A DNA stretch of 41,854 nt from the IMG/VR virus record IMGVR_UViG_3300018077_000003; one strand, given 5' to 3'. Of the stretch, positions 27,003-35,032 are shown piece after piece (positions within the stretch are counted from its first letter, which is position 1; each line of letters starts with the position of its first letter). A program made the translations under genes and the position numbers. This DNA comes from a virus. The notes under the pieces were generated by a model that was given only the letters and a program-made list of their open reading frames with translations, searched no databases and was not told the origin of the DNA.

Positions 27003-28022
27003 CTAAATCTCCTCAATATGATCTTCCCTCGGTCCCCAGCCCGTTCGGCCCACATGCGCGTATTTATTAATAATGGCGCACAGGCGCAAGGTTTCATTCC
27101 TGGGCACATAATTACAGAAGTTAAGGAAAACTTGATCCACCCCATTCATTCGGATCGCCTGCCTGATCTGCTCCTCAGAAAACGAGAACAGCCGCCGGGG
27201 TAGCTTGGACACGGTTGTCAGCTCCGGCTCGACGCCGATGGATGACCATTCGATCTCTTCTTGATCCCAATACCCTGGCCCGGACCAGCCTACCTGTTTG
27301 CCGTCTTTAAAGCGATTGGCCACCCGGATCGGAAGCGTGCGGGCAACGCCATAGACCATAAAATCAAAGTTGATTGGGATTGCGCAATCGCTCAGGATCT
27401 GATGCACCGAGCAGTCGCGCCATGTGCAATAAGGATAGATACCATTGTTGATGCCCAGCCCGAATCCCTGTGCGGCTTCGACCTGGATGAAATTGGCCCT
27501 ATCTATCAGGTCATTGTACTCCTCGACCGATACCACCGATCCTTCTAGCAGGGTCCGCTGCAACCGGAGCCGGGCTATGTTACCAAGATCCCCGGTTGCC
27601 CGGCGCATCTTCTCCATCAATGCCTCCCCGCCCCCTTTCATCACGCCCCCGACCCGGTAAGCGTATTGGGAAACCAGATGCCGATGCTCGTCGTCCACGA
27701 TCGCCGCATGCTCATGAATATAGAGTTCCACCCCGCCGTCGCTCAATCGGTCCAGCGCTCCCATTTCGGAGAGTAATAGATCCGGGTCAATGCATGATCC
27801 CGGCCCGAGCAGCACCCGCTTTACCGAATCGGACACGAGGCCCGACGGCAGGGCAATACTGACATATTTGTTGCCGAGGGCATCCACGAATGTGTGCCCG
27901 GCATTCGGGGCCCAGGCGGTCACGATGGTATCGGGCTTGAATTTCTTGGCCAGATACCCGGCCAGTAGCCCCTTGCCCTCTGACCCGAATTGCAGTCCCA
28001 TTATTACGCATCCAGCTTTCAT
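27003..28022 (-). CDS. purZ: Adenylosuccinate-synthetase homologue, PurZ-like (N6-succino-2-amino-2'-deoxyadenylate synthase candidate)
   Basis: 339 aa. GLQFGSEGKGLL (PurA has GDEGKG), APNAGHTF, QVEAAQGFGLGINNGIYPY, TTVSKLPRR. Shorter than cellular PurA. ATGA coupling to the polymerase gene. Confidence 0.8.
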   Translation of the reverse strand: MKAGCVIMGLQFGSEGKGLLAGYLAKKFKPDTIVTAWAPNAGHTFVDALGNKYVSIALPSGLVSDSVKRVLLGPGSCIDPDLLLSEMGALDRLSDGGVELYIHEHAAIVDDEHRHLVSQYAYRVGGVMKGGGEALMEKMRRATGDLGNIARLRLQRTLLEGSVVSVEEYNDLIDRANFIQVEAAQGFGLGINNGIYPYCTWRDCSVHQILSDCAIPINFDFMVYGVARTLPIRVANRFKDGKQVGWSGPGYWDQEEIEWSSIGVEPELTTVSKLPRRLFSFSEEQIRQAIRMNGVDQVFLNFCNYVPRNETLRLCAIINKYAHVGRTGWGPREDHIEEI

Positions 28023-29878
28023 GATAGACTCGCTCCAGCCCAATGATCAGCGATCCTGACGTCACTTAAGATGGGCACCCGGCACGAGATCGCGGCGTGG
28101 GGGCCAAAGTCCTCGAGAATATACTTAATTGCACGCGGCACATGCTTCTTACCGCGCGGCACCGAGAAATCTATCTCGTCGTGCACCGACAACAGCATGC
28201 GAAATCCTTGTTTCTTGTGGGTGGCATGAAGTTCAATCATCTTCTGCTTCATGCAATCGGCGCTGGTGCCCTGGAATACTAGGCCCCCCGCCTTATATGC
28301 ATGCGCGGGGCTGGGAAATCTGATCCGACGCCCAAGCATAGTTTTAACGTATCCCCGACCCCGCGCAATGGACGCTGCTTGGTCCAAAAGCTGCCTGATA
28401 CCAGGAATCGCGGAGTGATATTGTTCAAATTTAGCCTTGGCCTCAGGCCCCGCCACGAGCCATTCCCGTCCGGATCGGTCATGCCTGATGCTGAATTCAA
28501 GATCCATTTCCTCTGCCAGTTTGCCTTCGCCCATACCGAATACCAGGCCCAAATTAATTTGCTTCGCGTTGGCAGTGTTGCCAGCATATTTGGCGTCACG
28601 AGGAAGACCGGTGATGGCCGCAACCATCGCATGGAAATCGGTGGCCGGATCGTCACGATACTTGGCGATGAGCGCCGGGTCATTAACATAATGGGCGAAC
28701 CAACGGAATTCAAATTGTTCCCAATCTGCACAACACCAGTCTTGCCCCTCGTCCGGTACGAAACACGCACGCGTAATGAGCGCGATTTCCTTATCACGCT
28801 TCGGGATCTGTTGCAACGCCGGATCGTTGACTGAAAATCGCCCCGTACCGGTCCCCAATTCGTTATCTCCGCGTGTTTGATTGTAATTCGGATGAACGTA
28901 GCCATTTACCTCGTGTCCCAGAATGTGATCCTTGAGGAAACTGCTCGCCTTCACCAAGGTCCGCACGTCGATCACGGCCTGGGCGCGCTTATCCCCCCGG
29001 TCCGCCATCAGCTTGAGTTTGATCTTGCTGAACGACCCCTCGCCCCCCGGCGTATCGTCCAGCAGCACCCCGTTATCCGCCCACCACCTGTCATCCTCGC
29101 CCTTCTTGACGTTGAACAATTTCCGCATCTGCGGCGGGGAGTTGGCGTTAAACTCCTGCCCCACCATCGCGTTCAGCGCGCTCTGTGCTCGCTGTATTCT
29201 GTCCTTGGTCAGGGCCAGTTCACGATGGGTGCGATCCAGGTCCACCCGGACCCCGCCCCATTCAAGGTCAACCAAGACCGGAGTGAGCGCTCGCTCCACC
29301 GCCCACACCCTTTCAAGCTCCTGTTCCGCAATTTGCTTCTCCTGCCACAACCACAATTTGATAGCCAGTTGCGGGTCTTCGATTGCGTACTTACGAGCCA
29401 GCCGCTCGGGCGCGCGGTGAAGGTTCCCCATCTGGGCCTTGCGGGTCGGCTCGCCCCCGAACAGCTTGGCCAGATCACCGTATATGTCTACTTTGCCCTG
29501 GCCCACATACTTGCGGGCAAGCGCATCGAGTGAGAACGATGGCTCATGCTCATTAATCAATGCCGCCCGCACCATCGTGCATTCCATCCTATCGGCGGGG
29601 AACTCGATTCCTTTGCAACGGGCAAATAGGGCATCGAACTTGAGGTTGTGTCCCATGACCCGCCGGCATTGAGGCAGTAGCTTAATGAGCCACGGCACGA
29701 TGTTGGAATTGGTGCGGACGTCCCAGTACCCGCTCGCCCATTCCTTTGTATCTGGGTCGTGCGCAGCAACTGCAACCCCGAACAGTCTATCCTTTTTCCA
29801 GGATAGGCCCGTGGTTTCCACGTCCACCGACACTAGAGGATAGTCGGGCAGACGGGATAGATTGAGTTCCTTAATCAT
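28019..29878 (-). CDS. dpoZ: Family A DNA polymerase with 3'-5' exonuclease (DpoZ-like by context)
   Basis: Exo motifs VSVDVETTGL, HNLKFD, YAIEDPQL. Pol motif A DWEQFEFRWFAHY, motif B RDAKYAGNTANAKQINLGLVFGMG, motif C LLSVHDEI. Confidence 0.85.
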   Translation of the reverse strand: MIKELNLSRLPDYPLVSVDVETTGLSWKKDRLFGVAVAAHDPDTKEWASGYWDVRTNSNIVPWLIKLLPQCRRVMGHNLKFDALFARCKGIEFPADRMECTMVRAALINEHEPSFSLDALARKYVGQGKVDIYGDLAKLFGGEPTRKAQMGNLHRAPERLARKYAIEDPQLAIKLWLWQEKQIAEQELERVWAVERALTPVLVDLEWGGVRVDLDRTHRELALTKDRIQRAQSALNAMVGQEFNANSPPQMRKLFNVKKGEDDRWWADNGVLLDDTPGGEGSFSKIKLKLMADRGDKRAQAVIDVRTLVKASSFLKDHILGHEVNGYVHPNYNQTRGDNELGTGTGRFSVNDPALQQIPKRDKEIALITRACFVPDEGQDWCCADWEQFEFRWFAHYVNDPALIAKYRDDPATDFHAMVAAITGLPRDAKYAGNTANAKQINLGLVFGMGEGKLAEEMDLEFSIRHDRSGREWLVAGPEAKAKFEQYHSAIPGIRQLLDQAASIARGRGYVKTMLGRRIRFPSPAHAYKAGGLVFQGTSADCMKQKMIELHATHKKQGFRMLLSVHDEIDFSVPRGKKHVPRAIKYILEDFGPHAAISCRVPILSDVRIADHWAGASLS

Positions 29879-31131
29879 TTTACTATGGGATTGTCGCCCG
29901 ATAGGATCAGCCGTTGTTTCGCCCTCGTTAAACCGACGTACTGTACCCTCCGCTCGGCGTCCGGGTTGAGCGTCAACTGCTCCAGCACCCGGGCGGGCAG
30001 GTTCAGGTCCAGAATCACGGTGTCATGCTCCCGACCCTTGGCCTGATGGATCGTGGACACGATGTGTTTGATCGGCAAGCTAAGGTCCGCTTGCTCATAA
30101 AAATCGCGCCATGCCGGGGGCACTTCATTGATGATGATCCGCCCCGCTTTCAAATCCCGTGCGATATGGCTGGTCCACGGGCTCGGTCCGCCCCATACCT
30201 CATAGGGGGTCATGTCCTGATTAAGCATGCGCTTGATCTCGGCCACCCGGAATCTGTCGCGGGCCAGAATCAACGCCCCCTCGGGGGCCTCAGCCAGAAT
30301 ATCCAATGCATCAAATTCGCCCCACCGCACAACTTCACCATCCTCGGGGCGGGGCAGCCATGGTTTCAAGATTCGTAATTTAACACCGGTCATTGTGTCA
30401 CTTGCCAATGTGGCAATTGTTCTGGGCACCCGATACGATTGCTCGAGCTTGATGTACTTGACGCCACCGTCATGGAACTTATGCATCCCGTGGGGGTCCG
30501 CGCCGCTCCATTCATAAATCGCCTGATCGTCGTCCCCGGCCACGAATACTTCCTCCACGCCGGAATGTAGCAGCTTATGGAAAAATTTCCATTGCAAGGG
30601 GGTACAGTCCTGCGCTTCATCCAGGCACACCGTGGTATAAGGATGCCCCGCCCCCATGATTTTAGTCGCCCGCTCCAACATATCATCAAAGTCTACGTAG
30701 CCGTACGCCTTTTTCCACCGGCAGTAGGCTTCGATAAAGTACTCGTAGCGGGGCCGGGTGCCCGGTGCGCCTATTTCATCATACGCCTGATTGATGCTAA
30801 TTATCTTGTTGCGGGCAAACGAAAAGCACGCCAGATACTCGTCGCCCTCTTGTTGTTCGTCATCGGTCTTGGTGCGAATCGGCACCCCGGTGGTGGCAGA
30901 AAGTACCTGCATCTTTATCGGGTCCGCCGCGACCGAGGCCCGGCTTAGGTTCAGGGCCTTAAATGCCAGTGAATGAAGGGTACTGGCATCGGCCTGGTTG
31001 GAGCGGAACGCAATCTCTTGCGCCGCGGCCTTGGTGTAGGACAGGCATAGGGCATGGGCCCCCCGCACCCTGTCCATGAGTTCGGTCGTCTTGCCGGTGC
31101 CCGGGGGTCCGTAGATGACGGTTGATTTCAT
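29875..31131 (-). CDS. UvrD/Dda-like superfamily 1 helicase
   Basis: YGPPGTGKT, CLDEAQD, VAGDDDQAIYEWSGA, STIHQAKGREHDTV, YVGLTRAKQRL. Confidence 0.85.
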   Translation of the reverse strand: MKSTVIYGPPGTGKTTELMDRVRGAHALCLSYTKAAAQEIAFRSNQADASTLHSLAFKALNLSRASVAADPIKMQVLSATTGVPIRTKTDDEQQEGDEYLACFSFARNKIISINQAYDEIGAPGTRPRYEYFIEAYCRWKKAYGYVDFDDMLERATKIMGAGHPYTTVCLDEAQDCTPLQWKFFHKLLHSGVEEVFVAGDDDQAIYEWSGADPHGMHKFHDGGVKYIKLEQSYRVPRTIATLASDTMTGVKLRILKPWLPRPEDGEVVRWGEFDALDILAEAPEGALILARDRFRVAEIKRMLNQDMTPYEVWGGPSPWTSHIARDLKAGRIIINEVPPAWRDFYEQADLSLPIKHIVSTIHQAKGREHDTVILDLNLPARVLEQLTLNPDAERRVQYVGLTRAKQRLILSGDNPIVK

Positions 31132-31145
31132 GCCCTCTCCTCCGA

Positions 31146-31184
31146 GGAAAAAGATGCCCCGGGCCGGGGAAAATAGCCCGGGGC
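31146..31184 (-). terminator. Rho-independent terminator/attenuator between the SSB-like gene and the helicase
   Basis: On the - strand: GCCCCGGGC, 11-nt loop, GCCCGGGGC, then ATCTTTTTCC. The helicase RBS follows immediately. Confidence 0.65.
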
Positions 31185-31193
31185 CAAAGGGTC

Positions 31194-32021
31194 TTACATT
31201 TCGGCGCCGGCCTCACCCGCTTCCGGCTCGTGCCCGGCGTCGTAACCGGTCACGTCCATGCGGACATTGCGCTCACCGCTTGCGATCTGGGTGTACAGAT
31301 CCTCGGCGTGCTTGTAAAGGCGCTGTGCAGGGAACCCGGACTGGGCGATCGTGTAGTTGTAGAAGTCGCCCTTCTGATTCTTTTGCATCTGAACCCCGAC
31401 CCGATACACCCGTGCGAACCGATCGCCCCCGGCAAGGCTGACGAACGTATTCCACTGACGGCTGATCTTGGCCTTGGTGCGCGGCATCGGAATCATGATT
31501 TTCTCAGCCTTGCCATCGGTCACGATCAGGCACAGGTGCTGCGGCGTGTCGATGACCATGATCTGGGACTTATCACCCTCGATCGTGGCGATCCGGCCCT
31601 TGGCATCCTCCGGGGTAGCAAACGCCCCAAAGAAGCCGCCGCCCGCCTTGCGCTCCTTCCACACGAGGAATTGCTTCGTGTAGTGGACCGGCACCACAAA
31701 TACCTCGGTACCGTAAAGTTGGCGGGTGACCGAATTGGTCAGCATGCCGGGACGCGCCCCCTGGATGAAGCCGGGGTCACCATCCTTTACCGCCGGGGAC
31801 AAGGCCTGTACCACTTCCAACCTGGGAATGACCAGATCTTCAATGGCCACATGTTCCGATCCACGGCCGGCTCCCGTTGCGCATAGGTAATCGGGCGGAA
31901 TATCACCCGCCACGATCAACGGGCCACCGGTCACGGCCAGAGCCTTGCCCTTATCTACCCCGGATGGGGCCTTTATTTCGAATGCCGACAGGTCGCCGGT
32001 CTTCTTTCCTTGCTTCGTCAT
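31194..32021 (-). CDS. Putative ssDNA-binding / annealing protein
   Basis: 275 aa with an acidic C-terminal tail (DAGHEPEAGEAGAEM). Position in the replication module. AGGAGA RBS. Family not recognised with certainty. Confidence 0.3.
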   Translation of the reverse strand: MTKQGKKTGDLSAFEIKAPSGVDKGKALAVTGGPLIVAGDIPPDYLCATGAGRGSEHVAIEDLVIPRLEVVQALSPAVKDGDPGFIQGARPGMLTNSVTRQLYGTEVFVVPVHYTKQFLVWKERKAGGGFFGAFATPEDAKGRIATIEGDKSQIMVIDTPQHLCLIVTDGKAEKIMIPMPRTKAKISRQWNTFVSLAGGDRFARVYRVGVQMQKNQKGDFYNYTIAQSGFPAQRLYKHAEDLYTQIASGERNVRMDVTGYDAGHEPEAGEAGAEM

Positions 32022-32022
32022 T

Positions 32023-32214
32023 CTAATCTCCTAAGTTAGTGATTCTGGGCGCACGATCAATGGGGGCCGCGCCCTTTACCCCGCAAACATCGCATACCGG
32101 CCCCCAATGGTAACGCTCCGGGTACCGATGCGATAGAAGCACTTGCCACGATGACCCGCAACATTGCCACTCTATCAACATCCACTGCCGATAGGGGCAT
32201 CGTATAGTGATCAT
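32023..32214 (-). CDS. Small Cys-rich protein (63 aa)
   Basis: ATGA coupling with the upstream gene. C6, C18-C19 and C41xxC44. GC3 only moderate. Confidence 0.4.
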   Translation of the reverse strand: MITIRCPYRQWMLIEWQCCGSSWQVLLSHRYPERYHWGPVCDVCGVKGAAPIDRAPRITNLGD

Positions 32215-32729
32215 CCTTTCGTGATTGACGCCCGCGTGTAGGGCGTGACATTAAGAAGGTCGATCGGATATTCCTTCCCGTCCTTGATCGCCCGGATGAC
32301 GTACGCCTTGAGGGTGCTGGAATTGATCGTCTCCTGGATCAAGTCGCCGAGCTTGCGCTTAGTCAGCCATGACCGCAGATCATCCTTGTGATCCGCCTTG
32401 ACCGAGACGAATAGATCGGGGGTGAGGCTCAACCGCCCCAAGTCCTCGATACGGATGTTCTCGATGTGCTCGCGCTCCATGGCCTCGGGCACGAGCTCCA
32501 TGCGCATCACGTCGTGATACGCGTTCACGTACTTGGTCAGGTCGTCGAGGTAGTCTTTGGCGCGGCGAATGGCGTCGAGTTCAAAGGCCAGATCGATCGT
32601 CTTAGCCGATTGCCCGTATTCGCTGCGAGCCAGCGCCTTGCGCGTTTCCTCATCCACGCCCAAGTTCGCATTCATGGTGGCAGTGAACTTGCGAACCATA
32701 TCCGTCGTCGGTGTCTTACGGCGCGTCAT
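32211..32729 (-). CDS. Hypothetical protein (172 aa)
   Basis: First gene after the 32773-32802 promoter. GGAGGA RBS. No motif recognised. Confidence 0.6.
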   Translation of the reverse strand: MTRRKTPTTDMVRKFTATMNANLGVDEETRKALARSEYGQSAKTIDLAFELDAIRRAKDYLDDLTKYVNAYHDVMRMELVPEAMEREHIENIRIEDLGRLSLTPDLFVSVKADHKDDLRSWLTKRKLGDLIQETINSSTLKAYVIRAIKDGKEYPIDLLNVTPYTRASITKG

Positions 32730-32772
32730 TTCTCAATCCTCCAGTCGAGGTCCGGGGTCGGACCGAGCCACT

Positions 32773-32802
32773 AGTATAGCACGACTGATACCCCGCTGTC
32801 AA
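32773..32802 (-). promoter_or_regulatory. Strong sigma70-type promoter (leftward)
   Basis: On the - strand: TTGACA (32802-32797), 18-bp spacer, TATACT (32778-32773) preceded by TGC. Abuts the HNH stop codon. Confidence 0.65.
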
Positions 32803-33267
32803 CTACTGTCCATACTGCAGCGCACCATGTATCCGCCACGCCCTGACCTGGCAATTTGCACACAGTGTTCTGAACATCGGTGGAAAATTATTTTTGACGA
32901 TCCATCGATACAACACATAGCCAGACATTCGTCGTTTTCCTTTCCTACACTTATACTTATAACCATCTTGATTAATGTGATCCATACTAAGTACCATGGG
33001 ATCACGTTCACCGCACATTTTACAACGTTTACCGTATTTTTCAAACACTAATTTTCGGTCTTTACTCGCCCTCTTTAAACGACTCGCTCTACGACTTGCT
33101 CTAGTACTGGCTATTAATTCTTCTTTACTCTTCCTAGGCGGACGTGGTTTTGGAACATAACTACGTTTACGATATTCCCTCATTTTTTCCCTATAATGCT
33201 CCTTTCTTTGCTCCATGGTAAGCTTTAAGCGATGCCGTCTCCTCCATTCTATCATCTTATTCATCAT
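32803..33267 (-). CDS. HNH homing-type endonuclease
   Basis: CKMCG...DHINQDG...LCANCQVRAW. Strongly AT-rich relative to its flanks. Fills the space between the SNF2 stop (TAA immediately before its ATG) and the promoter exactly. Confidence 0.85.
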   Translation of the reverse strand: MMNKMIEWRRRHRLKLTMEQRKEHYREKMREYRKRSYVPKPRPPRKSKEELIASTRASRRASRLKRASKDRKLVFEKYGKRCKMCGERDPMVLSMDHINQDGYKYKCRKGKRRMSGYVLYRWIVKNNFPPMFRTLCANCQVRAWRIHGALQYGQ

Positions 33268-35025
33268 TTACCCCCCGTCCAGCAGGCGCGTTACGTCAGA
33301 TATGCGCGCACGCATGAAATCGCTCAGGTCCTGCTTGCCCTTGAGCGCGGCCATGATCGCCGGGTCCACGGTCTTTTCCGCGATCAGGTCGATGTAAGCG
33401 GGCGATGCCTTGGTCTGATCGCCCCATGCCCGGTCCTCGGCCTGCGCCCGGTCGATATACTTGAACGTATTGTTATAGAAGATATTTATCGTGGACGTCG
33501 GCATCGGGTAGCCCATGCCCCCGGTCGCTGCGTTACCGAGGATGAACTGTATGCCCCCATCGCGCAGCGCACGGACCACGGGCTGACGATCGTTCTCGGG
33601 CACCCGGCCGTGCAATTCGCCGAATTTGATCTTCATCTGCTGCAAGGCCCAGCGCACCGCGTCTATCTCCGGATGGTAAACGCACCAGATCACGCCCTGC
33701 TCGTGCCTCGCCTCCTCGATGATGGCCTGGATCTCGATCACCTTGGGATTCACCTTAGGGGCAACAATTTCAACAGGATCGTAATGGTGCCTGATGGCCG
33801 CGCCCACTTTGGTTTCGACTCGGCGAACGGTGTATCCGCCCGCGACTTGGTGCAAGCGCAGTGCTAATTCTAGAACGTTGGCGATCGTATGGTCGATATC
33901 CTTGAAGATGATCGCGTCCTCCGACCGTATGCGCTTGTAAACCTCGCGCTGGGCTTTGCTGATCTGGACCGTGCGGGTCTGGTAGCGTTTAGGAGGCAGA
34001 TCATAAGCGTCCTTCTTAAGGACCTGAAACGTGTACGGGGCCACGGTTTCGATGAGTTCATCCAGGTTCTGATAGCCCACGACCTGGAGCGGCTTTCCCT
34101 TCTTCCCATCAGCCAGAGTCTTACGATACCCGCCGAAAACGGCATAGCGGTTCTTGAACGCATAAAAGTCTCCAATTCCGATGATGTTGGGATCAAGGAA
34201 TTCGTATTGCATGTATAAGTTAAGGGGCGAATCGGCTATCGGGGTCCCGGTCATGGCGATTCGCTTAGGTACAAGCCGCCCATAACTTACGCAATGTCGG
34301 GCCCGGCCGGCGTCATGGCCCGCGATGTACGAAGTCTCGTCGCCTGCGATCGCGGTCTTGGGGTTAAGGCGCAGAAACTCGGCCACAAGCTCGGGCATGC
34401 GGCCCTGCGATAGTGACTCGAAGCCGACCAGCAGACACTTGAATTTAACCTCCGGGTCACTGGCCCATTGATAGACAAGCTTGTCATCGGTGTCCGCCAT
34501 CCGCCAGTCGATCGGCAGGGGTGAGTGCAGGTCAAATTGTTCAAGCCAGTTATTGCGTAGCGTTAACTTGCACAGGACCAGCATCGACTCGATCACGTTC
34601 TCCATCCGCCATGCGCAACACAGATCGATGGCCACCTTACTTTTGCCCGTCTGCATATCCATGAACAGGGCGAAGGCATTCAGCCCATAACCTTTGGCAA
34701 GTGCAGCGTGCTGGTGCCTGCGCGGCTCGGTCTTAAACTTATACCACGTGGGGAACGGGATCTTGGGCCCGAGCTTAACGATCTCCTCCAATTTATCCAT
34801 GGCCGCGAGCGCCCCCGGGCTGATCATCGCGTACGGGGTCACCTTATCCCGTATGTACTCTACGTTCAACCGGGTGACGGGCACCATCCAGCCCTGACGC
34901 GATTTCGCCCAACGGCGGGAGGGCATGTCGCGAACCAGGTCGTTGGCCCATATCGGCAGGCGCACCACCATCCGCCCATCGTCCTGGTCATAAGTAATGT
35001 TAATTGGCTTGGATTCGAGGCTCAT
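33268..35025 (-). CDS. SNF2-family (DEAD-like) helicase/translocase
   Basis: FMDMQTGKSKVAI (motif I), IAGDETSYI (motif II), LDELIE..., GNAATGGMGY, AQAEDRAWG (motif VI-like). Confidence 0.8.
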   Translation of the reverse strand: MSLESKPINITYDQDDGRMVVRLPIWANDLVRDMPSRRWAKSRQGWMVPVTRLNVEYIRDKVTPYAMISPGALAAMDKLEEIVKLGPKIPFPTWYKFKTEPRRHQHAALAKGYGLNAFALFMDMQTGKSKVAIDLCCAWRMENVIESMLVLCKLTLRNNWLEQFDLHSPLPIDWRMADTDDKLVYQWASDPEVKFKCLLVGFESLSQGRMPELVAEFLRLNPKTAIAGDETSYIAGHDAGRARHCVSYGRLVPKRIAMTGTPIADSPLNLYMQYEFLDPNIIGIGDFYAFKNRYAVFGGYRKTLADGKKGKPLQVVGYQNLDELIETVAPYTFQVLKKDAYDLPPKRYQTRTVQISKAQREVYKRIRSEDAIIFKDIDHTIANVLELALRLHQVAGGYTVRRVETKVGAAIRHHYDPVEIVAPKVNPKVIEIQAIIEEARHEQGVIWCVYHPEIDAVRWALQQMKIKFGELHGRVPENDRQPVVRALRDGGIQFILGNAATGGMGYPMPTSTINIFYNNTFKYIDRAQAEDRAWGDQTKASPAYIDLIAEKTVDPAIMAALKGKQDLSDFMRARISDVTRLLDGG

Positions 35026-35032
35026 GATTTAC

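Noticed and set aside
26750-27145. N-terminal 132 codons of the 300-aa ORF 26243..27145 (-).
   Set aside because: This part overlaps the MazG-like gene in another frame and reads as Arg-rich nonsense. The HD domain begins at the internal ATG 26749, which forms an ATGA junction with the upstream gene.
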